Shown here: piece by piece, positions 16,900 through 24,176 of the stretch
Numbering within the stretch: position 1 is the stretch's first letter
Layout of the letters: each line of letters starts with the position of its first letter
Source of the DNA: Deltaproteobacteria bacterium
Lineage (GTDB): Bacteria; Bdellovibrionota; JACOXK01
Reading direction: 5' to 3'
DNA length: 32,000 nucleotides
Assembly (NCBI GenBank): GCA_016182335.1
Contig: JACOXK010000058.1
Coordinates: forward strand, 1 to 32,000
Made by a program: the position numbers and the translations under genes
Notes under the pieces: model-generated
The model's database searches: none
The model's input: only the letters and a program-made list of their open reading frames with translations
What the model was told of the DNA's origin: nothing

Positions 16900-18012
16900 T
16901 TGTTAGATCATAATATAATTAGGTATCGTTGTTCAGTGAAAAAAATTATCATTTTAGTTGCTTTTGCATCTCTGACATCGTGCGAAAAAACGGGTCTTAA
17001 GTACGAAACTTCTTTAGAGGATGATCCTTCACGTATTGTTTTTGTTGATCCTCGAATTATTTCCTCCCATAAACCTCCATGGATGCAACCGTATAGACGC
17101 GTCATTGAGCGTGATACTGCGCCTGTAAATCAACCGCCTTCGCGCGGAATTTTTACTAACGTGGTGGATAAGTATGAGAAGAAAAAAAATCATGAAGAGG
17201 CTGATATTTTATGGGTTATTGATAATTCGTGCAGCATGGCTGAAGAACGTGACAAAGTTTCACAAAATCTCGATGCTTTTATGAGGGACTTTAAATTGAG
17301 TCATGTTGATTTTCATATGGGTGTTATTTCAACACACACCCATGATGCTCTTTTTTATGGAGCCCCACCCGTGCTTCTTTCAAATGATCCAGAATTAGAG
17401 CGCAGATTTTCAGAACGTGTTCGGATGCCGCAAGTATGCGGTTTTTCTGCTGCTTTGCATGCTGCCCATTTGGCGCTGAGCGAGCCGCGAATTTCTGGAT
17501 ATAACAAAGATTTTTTACGATCAGAAGCGCATCTCATTATTATTATCATTTCTGACGCAGATGAAGACTATAAAATGAGCAGCTCTGAATATCTTAGTTT
17601 TTTCCAGTCACTTAAAGCAAGTGAACCGCATAAAGTCGTCATTAACTCCATCGTTGGAGATTCTCCGAGTGGTTGTTCATCTGCTGGCGGGAATGCAGAA
17701 CCTGGGTTGCAATACATTGAATTAACACAAAGTACTCGAGGTTTTTTTGAAATCATTTGCAGTAACAACTTTAAAGAAAGCATGAACAATATTGGCCGTA
17801 ATCTCGATAAATATATCAACTCTTATCCACTGACTCATATTCCTTCAATTCGATATCCTCTTGTTGTTACAATCAATGGTCGTGTCGTGGAGCGACACCC
17901 AATACATGGCTGGGTGTACAATGCCGAACTCAATCTTATTTTATTTGAGGGAGATATTAAACCTATTGTTGGAGATAAAATTGAAATCGCTTACCTTCAT
18001 GAAGAAAATTAG
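16900..18012 (+). CDS. vWA-domain lipoprotein with an intact MIDAS motif
   Basis: The ORF starts at TTG 16900. The in-frame GTG at 16936 gives the clean lipoprotein signal MKKIIILVAFASLTSC-E and is probably the real start. The vWA core is ADILWVIDNSCSMAEERDKVSQNLDAFM (DxSxS intact) with a later LIIIIISDADED. The C-terminal beta-domain is LVVTINGRVVERHPIHGWVYNAELNLILFEGDIKPIVGDKIEIAY. Confidence 0.8.
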   Translation: MLDHNIIRYRCSVKKIIILVAFASLTSCEKTGLKYETSLEDDPSRIVFVDPRIISSHKPPWMQPYRRVIERDTAPVNQPPSRGIFTNVVDKYEKKKNHEEADILWVIDNSCSMAEERDKVSQNLDAFMRDFKLSHVDFHMGVISTHTHDALFYGAPPVLLSNDPELERRFSERVRMPQVCGFSAALHAAHLALSEPRISGYNKDFLRSEAHLIIIIISDADEDYKMSSSEYLSFFQSLKASEPHKVVINSIVGDSPSGCSSAGGNAEPGLQYIELTQSTRGFFEIICSNNFKESMNNIGRNLDKYINSYPLTHIPSIRYPLVVTINGRVVERHPIHGWVYNAELNLILFEGDIKPIVGDKIEIAYLHEEN

Positions 18013-19033
18013 TCTTCTTATAAGCTTATTTCTAGTGGGCTTGACCTCTCAAGGATTAGCACTGGTTTGGTGGGGCGAAGAAATAACCTCACTTAAATAC
18101 ATTATGCCCATCCAATATTTTGTACGAAATGAAGATGTTTTTTACATGGGGCTTCAAAACTTTGGTATTGATCGTGTCATTTACAATAATTACAAACTTT
18201 CTCGTGATAAAGTTTTTAGATTCTCTGGTATCATGGACCCTTCTGTGAAATTAAACTTCCTTCTTAAAGGCGATATGCTCATAGTTGGAGGCATTTACGA
18301 CGGTTTTTTAGCACTCGATACAAAATCGGATTATCCATCACCCACTTCAAAGAGACATGATCTTGTTTTTAAGCCCAATGAAAATACAATTGTTTATTCT
18401 TCTCTTCTCAAATCCCTCTTATGGAAAGGTCAACTTGTACTTCTTACGGCTGATCAGGTTATTCTGGGTAGTCTGCAGAACCCACTTAAGTTTAACGTCA
18501 ATGCGAGCGTTGGTTTAGCGCCAAATTATCCTTTGCAACCCAATGATTGGAAAGAATTTTGGGCTACCGATATGGCGCTCTATGGCAATTATTTGTACGT
18601 TCTTCTTGCGCATGAGAAAACTCCGCAGATTGCATACCTTAACCTTTCACAGCCACTGGAAAGTCTTAAAGTAAATTATGTTCCCCTCAATGTTTCAGAA
18701 TATTATCTTAAATCCTTAGCGGTTAGTGATAGTAGATTATATATAACTCAGAATAAGACACTTCATAGTTTTGTCATTGATGAAGAAGGCATGCCGACCG
18801 TGGAGTGGTCGCATACCCAGAAGCACTTCATAGAAACTGTAACTACGTTTTCGATGGGTATTATTCTCTCGTTCTTTGAGGCTGGACTTGCGTTCTTTGA
18901 AAATCAAGACCTTACAAAAGAACAGGCCATTATTTTTCCTCCAAAAACTTGGGAGCAGGTTGAGGTTGTGGATAATCTTTTGTTTGGTTCAGCAGGAGAA
19001 GATGGTTTTTATGTATATCAAAAATATAATTAA
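17999..19033 (+). CDS. Secreted beta-propeller-like protein (LVIVD-like repeats)
   Basis: The ORF is open from 17861. The ATG at 17999 gives the signal peptide MKKISLLISLFLVGLTSQGLA and overlaps the upstream stop by 14 nt. It has recurrent blade-like motifs: GDMLIVGGIYDGFLALDTKSDYPSP, LYGNYLYVLLAHEKTPQIAYLNLSQP, VSDSRLYITQNKTLHSFVIDEEGMP and LLFGSAGEDGFYVY. The family call is by pattern only. Confidence 0.5.
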   Translation: MKKISLLISLFLVGLTSQGLALVWWGEEITSLKYIMPIQYFVRNEDVFYMGLQNFGIDRVIYNNYKLSRDKVFRFSGIMDPSVKLNFLLKGDMLIVGGIYDGFLALDTKSDYPSPTSKRHDLVFKPNENTIVYSSLLKSLLWKGQLVLLTADQVILGSLQNPLKFNVNASVGLAPNYPLQPNDWKEFWATDMALYGNYLYVLLAHEKTPQIAYLNLSQPLESLKVNYVPLNVSEYYLKSLAVSDSRLYITQNKTLHSFVIDEEGMPTVEWSHTQKHFIETVTTFSMGIILSFFEAGLAFFENQDLTKEQAIIFPPKTWEQVEVVDNLLFGSAGEDGFYVYQKYN

Positions 19034-19667
19034 GACATTGATATTTTTCTCTTTGTGGGGATGGACTGGAACTATCTTGGGTGAGTCGCCTTCGCAAAGC
19101 ACTTGGCTGGATTACGAAATCCGTCTTAAAGCCGTGTACAACCAAAAATATGAGCACCATCATCGACATGAGCTCTCCACTTTTTCATCACTGTATTTTA
19201 GAAATGATCTTAATTTATCATATGGTTTTGGAGCTGATTATGCCTATCATTTCACTCCTACTTTAAGTTGGGAAGCGGCTCATTTTCTTTACTTAAATCA
19301 AGTTGAGACAATACTGCGCCAGGATATAAGAAATAAAACAGGTTTGATACCGGATGTAGAAGAAAATGAATTCTTTGTTACTTCTTCAATCATGTTTCAT
19401 CCTGCGTACGGCAAATTGGCTTTCTTTGGAAGGCACATTGCGTATTTTGATCTCTATGTTGTTGCGGGTGGAGGCATTCGAAAACTCTTGAACCTTTCTC
19501 AACTTAAATCTGCTTTTTCGTTTGGTGCAGGTTTCAGATGCTATCTGAGTCACAAACTTACTCTCAAGATTGATGCCAGAGACATGTTGTTTCAGGAAGA
19601 ACATCAATCCGGTGCATCTATTATTCATTCTTTTACACCTGTTTTAGGATTGAGTTTACTTCTATGA
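19002..19667 (+). CDS. Outer-membrane beta-barrel protein (myxobacterial-type OMP domain, GltA/GltB-like)
   Basis: The ORF is open from 18876. ATG 19002 or 19011 gives the signal peptide (M)YIKNIIKTLIFFSLWGWTGTILG, and GGAGAAG lies just upstream. The sequence has alternating amphipathic strands and the motif HPAYGKLAFFGRHIAYFDLYVVAGGGI, which I recognise from the OMP_myx_plus-type beta-barrel family. Confidence 0.6.
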   Translation: MVFMYIKNIIKTLIFFSLWGWTGTILGESPSQSTWLDYEIRLKAVYNQKYEHHHRHELSTFSSLYFRNDLNLSYGFGADYAYHFTPTLSWEAAHFLYLNQVETILRQDIRNKTGLIPDVEENEFFVTSSIMFHPAYGKLAFFGRHIAYFDLYVVAGGGIRKLLNLSQLKSAFSFGAGFRCYLSHKLTLKIDARDMLFQEEHQSGASIIHSFTPVLGLSLLL

Positions 19668-20734
19668 AGTTAAAACTCTGTGTCATTACATATTTCATAT
19701 TTACTTTTGCCAATGCAGACTTTCCCCGAATGGCGGATGCATGGCGTGCCTATGCTAACCAAGATTACATTCAATCTTTGCAACAGTTGTACAGGGTCCG
19801 CAGCATTGCTCAAGAAAGAGTGCTTGCTGAAACCTTTTATTTGGAAGGACTTTTGGCTTACCGATTGGGTTATAGTTTGAGGTTGGCAGCCATTTATCAG
19901 ACTTATGAAGTGCAGTTCATGCATAAGCTCTCTTCATTGCCAAATAATATAAAAAAAGATGTTTGCTTGTATTGGGTGAGGCTCTCAAGTCTTCTAGCAG
20001 ATGTTTATAAAAGTATGCTGGTGGTACAATCTGTAGAATTGTTCCAGTCTTTGTCTTCGACTGAAAGTGCACTTCGCACGCCTTCTGGATCTGGGGCTTA
20101 CACGTGGCCTCTGATACTAGCTACTGAGAAAGAAGTACAGGAGGTATGGTTGGATGAATTGGGTGCTGATACCATAATCACTATTTCTGAAAAGAAAGAA
20201 AAGGGGGAGAGTCTTACTCCTGAAATTATTTTTGTTCGTTTAAGCGATGCAGTTTCACGCTCTCTTGTTTTTTATGAACAAAAAATTCTAGAGAAGGATT
20301 TTTTTTATAATCGCCTGCGTTTGCTCTTTTTAGATTATAAATTGGATAGAGGAGAAGGAGGAGAGGAGTTTTTGGTTGTATCTCAAAAAGCTTATCTGAA
20401 ACTCTATGGAGAAAGTCGGTTTTCAATGCTCCAGTCACTCATTCAACTTCGGCTGAGTAGAATCAACTCTAAACTTAAGACATTAAGGGCCATGAGTTTT
20501 AAGAAAAGTGTTACTGCAGTGACAAGCCAAAACTACAAAACTGATCAACCCAATATAGAGCATGTTATTGTTCTAGGCATGATTGAAACAAAGCCTATTC
20601 GCAAGGAAGCAGTGAGGCAAGGGGTGTCTTCTTTTTTCTCGGCTGATCCTGTACCCTATATACCTGGTGCCGGTCCGGAGAGTTGGAATGAGAAAATTGC
20701 AGAGTCCATCCATGACAAAAAAATCTCAGATTGA
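19664..20734 (+). CDS. Secreted hypothetical protein (helical, TPR-like N-terminus)
   Basis: 356 aa with the signal peptide MKLKLCVITYFIFTFANA. An ATGA start/stop overlap with the upstream OMP gene indicates coupling. I recognise no family. The N-terminal AWRAYANQDYIQSLQQLYRV...FYLEGLLAYRLG looks TPR-like. Confidence 0.5.
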   Translation: MKLKLCVITYFIFTFANADFPRMADAWRAYANQDYIQSLQQLYRVRSIAQERVLAETFYLEGLLAYRLGYSLRLAAIYQTYEVQFMHKLSSLPNNIKKDVCLYWVRLSSLLADVYKSMLVVQSVELFQSLSSTESALRTPSGSGAYTWPLILATEKEVQEVWLDELGADTIITISEKKEKGESLTPEIIFVRLSDAVSRSLVFYEQKILEKDFFYNRLRLLFLDYKLDRGEGGEEFLVVSQKAYLKLYGESRFSMLQSLIQLRLSRINSKLKTLRAMSFKKSVTAVTSQNYKTDQPNIEHVIVLGMIETKPIRKEAVRQGVSSFFSADPVPYIPGAGPESWNEKIAESIHDKKISD

Positions 20735-21539
20735 GTTTCGGCTGCTTGTCTTCAACAAGTCTTCTCTGATTAAAAAACTATCTTTTCGAACGGAAGAACT
20801 CATTCTTGGTTCGATAGCTCAATCTCAGGTTAATTTAACTAAGGCAGATGGTACTGTTCTTTTAGAAGGTAGATTCTACTGGAAGTCGAGGTACGTTCTG
20901 ATTTTTGAAAAACACTTCATGCAATCAGAAGAAATACAAGCAACTTTACTCCAGAATCACAATGCAAGTGCTGCCACGTTTGAGTATCAGAATGATGAGA
21001 TGGTAATACAGGTGAGATCTTTGCTCATAGGAGAACCGCCTGATTCTCTGTCAATACGACCTACCTTCACTCAAAATCTGTCTGTTCCAACGATAAAAAA
21101 ACAAGTTCATAAATCAGTATTTGTGACTGCAATGATAGTTCTTGTTGTGCAACTGAGCTTAATAGTAAAACTCAATGAGCGCAAAAACGTGAGATTAGAG
21201 GGGCATGAACAACAAATCTCTAAAGTTTTAGCCCCCACGGTCAACAAACCGTTCATGCCACGTATCCCAGGGCCTAAGCATTATGAAAAAATTATCTTAA
21301 AGAACAAAAAGGATATCGAGTTTTGTCAGAAAAACTTCGATTTTGAGGATGGCCCCGTTCAGTTCAAAGTGCTTATTAATCCTATGGGTGGAGTCTTTTC
21401 TGTCGATGTTTTGTCTTCCACACTTGGTGTGGAAATAATGGAGTGCTTGAATGCGAGAATTAAATCATGGTTGTTTCCCCCTATTGAAAATATTTCAAAA
21501 ACATTATTTTTTGCTGTGAATTTTAAAAAGGAATCTTGA
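20712..21539 (+). CDS. Single-pass membrane protein with a TonB-C / AgmX-PglI-type periplasmic C-terminal domain (GltG/GltJ-like)
   Basis: The ORF is open from 20667. The ATG at 20712 (MTKKSQIEF...) overlaps the upstream gene by 23 nt. The TM helix is VFVTAMIVLVVQLSLIV. The C-terminus, CQKNFDFEDGPVQFKVLINPMGGVFSVDVLSSTLGVEIMECLNARIKSWLFPP, fits the AgmX/PglI C-terminal (TonB_C-like) pattern C...G.v.v.f.I...G.v..v.v.sstl.....eC....i..w.FP. The cytoplasmic N-terminus is only weakly FHA-like. Confidence 0.6.
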   Translation: MTKKSQIEFRLLVFNKSSLIKKLSFRTEELILGSIAQSQVNLTKADGTVLLEGRFYWKSRYVLIFEKHFMQSEEIQATLLQNHNASAATFEYQNDEMVIQVRSLLIGEPPDSLSIRPTFTQNLSVPTIKKQVHKSVFVTAMIVLVVQLSLIVKLNERKNVRLEGHEQQISKVLAPTVNKPFMPRIPGPKHYEKIILKNKKDIEFCQKNFDFEDGPVQFKVLINPMGGVFSVDVLSSTLGVEIMECLNARIKSWLFPPIENISKTLFFAVNFKKES

Positions 21540-21543
21540 CCAT

Positions 21544-21632
21544 TCAATGGATGGATTGGTGAAGATCACGAAGGATTCCTTTAATTTCATCGTTTTCGGG
21601 ATCGAATTGAAGGGATGACTCAAATTCTTTGA
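21544..21632 (-). repeat. Right copy of the 89-bp direct repeat (authentic 3' end of the TPR gene)
   Basis: It matches 9559..9647 at an offset of 11,985 bp with 2 mismatches. Both mismatches fall at third codon positions and are synonymous in the TPR reading frame. Confidence 0.9.
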
Positions 21633-22041
21633 TGGCTTGATTGAGCCAACCCTTTTCGAAATAAATTCTTCCTAAATTAATATGGGGGTAGTGCCTGTAG
21701 GCGTACCTCTTCGATAGTTTTGCCATTTCAAGCCAAGCCATAGCTTCATCCATTTTTCCAAGCCTCATAAGATAGGAGCCTATATCATTGTAGGGATTCC
21801 CAAAATCTGGATCAATAGCAATGGCTTTTTTGCATAATTCAATGGCTTCGCTCAGTTGCTCTTTCATAGACAGCATCCAACCCCAGTAGGTATAGGCCTC
21901 TGGAGTTGGTTCATGACCAATGGATTGTTTGAAACATGAAATCGCAGAATCAATATCTTTTTGGGCCGCATAAGAGCAACCGCTATCCACAAGTTGCAGT
22001 GCCAAGAGAAGCTTCTTATCTAAAATCTTTCTCTCATTCAC
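21544..22041 (-). CDS. TPR-repeat protein (165 aa)
   Basis: It has several TPR units (AISCFKQSIGHEPTPEAYTYWGWMLSMKEQLSEAIELCKKAIAIDPDFGNPYNDIGSYLMRLGKMDEAMAWLEMA...). It starts 3 nt after the S8 protease stop, so it is probably co-transcribed with it. Confidence 0.8.
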   Translation of the reverse strand: MNERKILDKKLLLALQLVDSGCSYAAQKDIDSAISCFKQSIGHEPTPEAYTYWGWMLSMKEQLSEAIELCKKAIAIDPDFGNPYNDIGSYLMRLGKMDEAMAWLEMAKLSKRYAYRHYPHINLGRIYFEKGWLNQAIKEFESSLQFDPENDEIKGILRDLHQSIH

Positions 22042-22044
22042 TTC

Positions 22045-23778
22045 CTATTCCACATATCCATAGCTATCGATATCAAATCCATACGTTGAAACGATTTGAT
22101 CTGCTGCAAGCACAATTTCGATTGTATCTCCATCGACTTCATAGGTCCAAAAAGGCGTTTGAACCCCATCGTAGAAGTCTTCAACTTCCCCTTTCGCATT
22201 TTTAATATAAACAAAATCATATCCCGTTTCAGTTTCAAACTTACTAAAATGAACTCTCATTTTTTTTGCACCCGAATGAGTGATTTTATAGGTATATTCT
22301 TTACTATTGTCGTAATCGTGGGGAGTTGAAATGAGGTGCGTTACATTCTTAAAAAGACTTGGATCGGTAGGGGTACTTTTGGGTGCTTCAAAGTTTGTGA
22401 GTGCATAAAACGCATTGGCTCTTCCATGAGAAATTTTTCTTCGAAGAATTTTAATCTCTTCGGAAGATGTATAAAGTATTTTTTTCAAATCCTGCATTGC
22501 AAGATTCGGATGAGAAGACAGAAGAAGTGCAATCATCCCAGAAATATGCGGCGTGGCCATAGACGTTCCGCTCATGTAACCATAATTGTTCCCAGGTATC
22601 GAACTATAGATAGAAACCCCAGGAGCTGCAATATCGACAGTTGTTTTTCCGTAATTTGAAAATTTTGCTAGCTGATCTTGATTATCCGTTGCTGCAACTG
22701 AGATGACATTCTCAAATTCGTAATTGGAAGGATAGTGAGGGACGACATCGTTATTACCTGCATCATTTCCAGCGGCGGCCACAAAATAAATGCCAGCATC
22801 GGATGCAGACTTGATAGCATCAGCAAGGGCTTGTGAAAATCCCCCCCCACCCCAGCTATTGCTCATCACGTGAACTCCTAAAGTATGCGCATATTCAATA
22901 GCCTTGACTGCATCTTCAAGGGTGCCGGAGCCTCCTGAGCTTAAAAATTTTACTGGGATAAGAGATACACGCCAGGTTACTCCTAGTATACCCACTTCAT
23001 TATTCCCATATGCGCCAATTGTTCCAGCTACGTGGGTTCCATGGCTGTGGTCATCCATGGCGTCATTGGAATTTGAAACAAAATTCCAACCCCTGACGTC
23101 ATCAATAAATCCATTACCATCATTATCAATTCCATCAGTTTCTTTAAAGGCCTGTGCACCTTTATCGTTCGTATATTCGCCTAATTCACCAGGATTTTGA
23201 TATATATTGTTGACTAAGTCTTCATGAGTATAATCGATACCTGTGTCGATGACTGCAACTTTAATTGCTCGACTTCCTATTTCCTGGGTCCAAGCTTGAA
23301 GGGCATCGATATCACTCCCGGGTTTTCCTATTTGGCCGCTTACATCCGTCTGTCCGACATTGTTTAGACCCCAGTTTTTTTCAAACTCAGGGTCTGAAAT
23401 CATGGTTGATTGATCGATTCCCATGATTTGTCTCACTCTGCGTGGAGAGAATGAGGACATATCAATTGAATAAATATAGTTAGGTTCTGCATATTCTACC
23501 TGAGGAAGGTTTCGAATCTTATTTAAAAGAGAGTTGAGTGAGATTTGAGGAGAAAACTTGAGGATGAATAAGTTGAGTTTGAGACTTACCGTTGCAATTT
23601 CCCTAAAACTAAATGCCTTCAGATGGTCTACTGTTGCGCCAGGCTTGAGTTTAACAATGACTTCACCTGGAACATATTTAATTTTGGGTTCCGCCTTCTT
23701 AGAATGGGTTTGGGACTGATAAACCCCCATTCCAATGGCAAAGCTGAGGAATACAACTGCACATAACAACTTTTTCAT
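22045..23778 (-). CDS. Secreted subtilisin-family (S8) serine protease with an I9-like propeptide and a CUB-like C-terminal domain
   Basis: The catalytic triad contexts are VAVIDTGIDYTHEDL (Asp), HGTHVAGTIGA (His) and GTSMATPHISG (Ser). The start at 23778 (MKKLLCAVVFLSFAIG) is preceded by GGGGGAG and a 6-nt spacer; the ORF track extends to 23820. The C-terminal ~110 aa (YTYKITHSGAKKMRVHFSKFETETGYDFVYIKNAKGE...) resembles the CUB signature F..F.lE...yDyv.i. Confidence 0.9.
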   Translation of the reverse strand: MKKLLCAVVFLSFAIGMGVYQSQTHSKKAEPKIKYVPGEVIVKLKPGATVDHLKAFSFREIATVSLKLNLFILKFSPQISLNSLLNKIRNLPQVEYAEPNYIYSIDMSSFSPRRVRQIMGIDQSTMISDPEFEKNWGLNNVGQTDVSGQIGKPGSDIDALQAWTQEIGSRAIKVAVIDTGIDYTHEDLVNNIYQNPGELGEYTNDKGAQAFKETDGIDNDGNGFIDDVRGWNFVSNSNDAMDDHSHGTHVAGTIGAYGNNEVGILGVTWRVSLIPVKFLSSGGSGTLEDAVKAIEYAHTLGVHVMSNSWGGGGFSQALADAIKSASDAGIYFVAAAGNDAGNNDVVPHYPSNYEFENVISVAATDNQDQLAKFSNYGKTTVDIAAPGVSIYSSIPGNNYGYMSGTSMATPHISGMIALLLSSHPNLAMQDLKKILYTSSEEIKILRRKISHGRANAFYALTNFEAPKSTPTDPSLFKNVTHLISTPHDYDNSKEYTYKITHSGAKKMRVHFSKFETETGYDFVYIKNAKGEVEDFYDGVQTPFWTYEVDGDTIEIVLAADQIVSTYGFDIDSYGYVE

Positions 23779-24150
23779 AATAATCTCCCCCTTAGGAACA
23801 CCACACCAGTTCCCTTTCATTTGAGAGCCGTTAAAAAAAATTGCTTGATGAGAAGTGAATATCCGCCTTATAATTTTAACACTAGCATATGATGAGAGAG
23901 TGTCGCAAGTATATTCAGTTTTAAGTTGTTTAAAGTTTTTGCAATAGTGTTTTAATTTTAGTTAATAGGTATAAGAAAATATACAATATATATTAAATTA
24001 ATATATCAAATGAGTTATAGAATTAATGAAAATAATTTTCATTTATCGTTTATAATTTAGACAAATTATATTTTTATTAAACATGGTGAGGCGCTATGAA
24101 AAATGTTGATTTATTTACATTATTGTAGTTATTTGGACATTCTTGCTTTT

Positions 24151-24165
24151 TGGCACAGCACTTGC
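24151..24165 (+). promoter_or_regulatory. Sigma-54 (RpoN) -24/-12 promoter element
   Basis: TGGCACagcacTTGC matches the TGGCAC-N5-TTGC consensus exactly, including the GG-to-GC spacing. It lies in an AT-rich intergenic region and points at a stretch with no plausible ORF. Confidence 0.6.
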
Positions 24166-24176
24166 TATATAAACAT

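Noticed and set aside
9648-21543. A search of the repeat-bracketed segment for an integrase, transposase, recombinase or IS ends, to call it a mobile element.
   Set aside because: All 12 ORFs are envelope or motor-type proteins and none shows recombinase motifs. I saw no terminal inverted repeats. I therefore report it as a repeat-flanked cluster and not as a mobile_element feature.
23821-24150. AT-rich repeats such as tatatattaaattaatatat could be a replication origin, a CRISPR leader or a phage att site.
   Set aside because: There are no DnaA-box clusters, no regularly spaced direct repeats and no adjacent cas, rep or int genes. The stretch is most simply promoter or UAS DNA for the S8 protease and the sigma-54 element.
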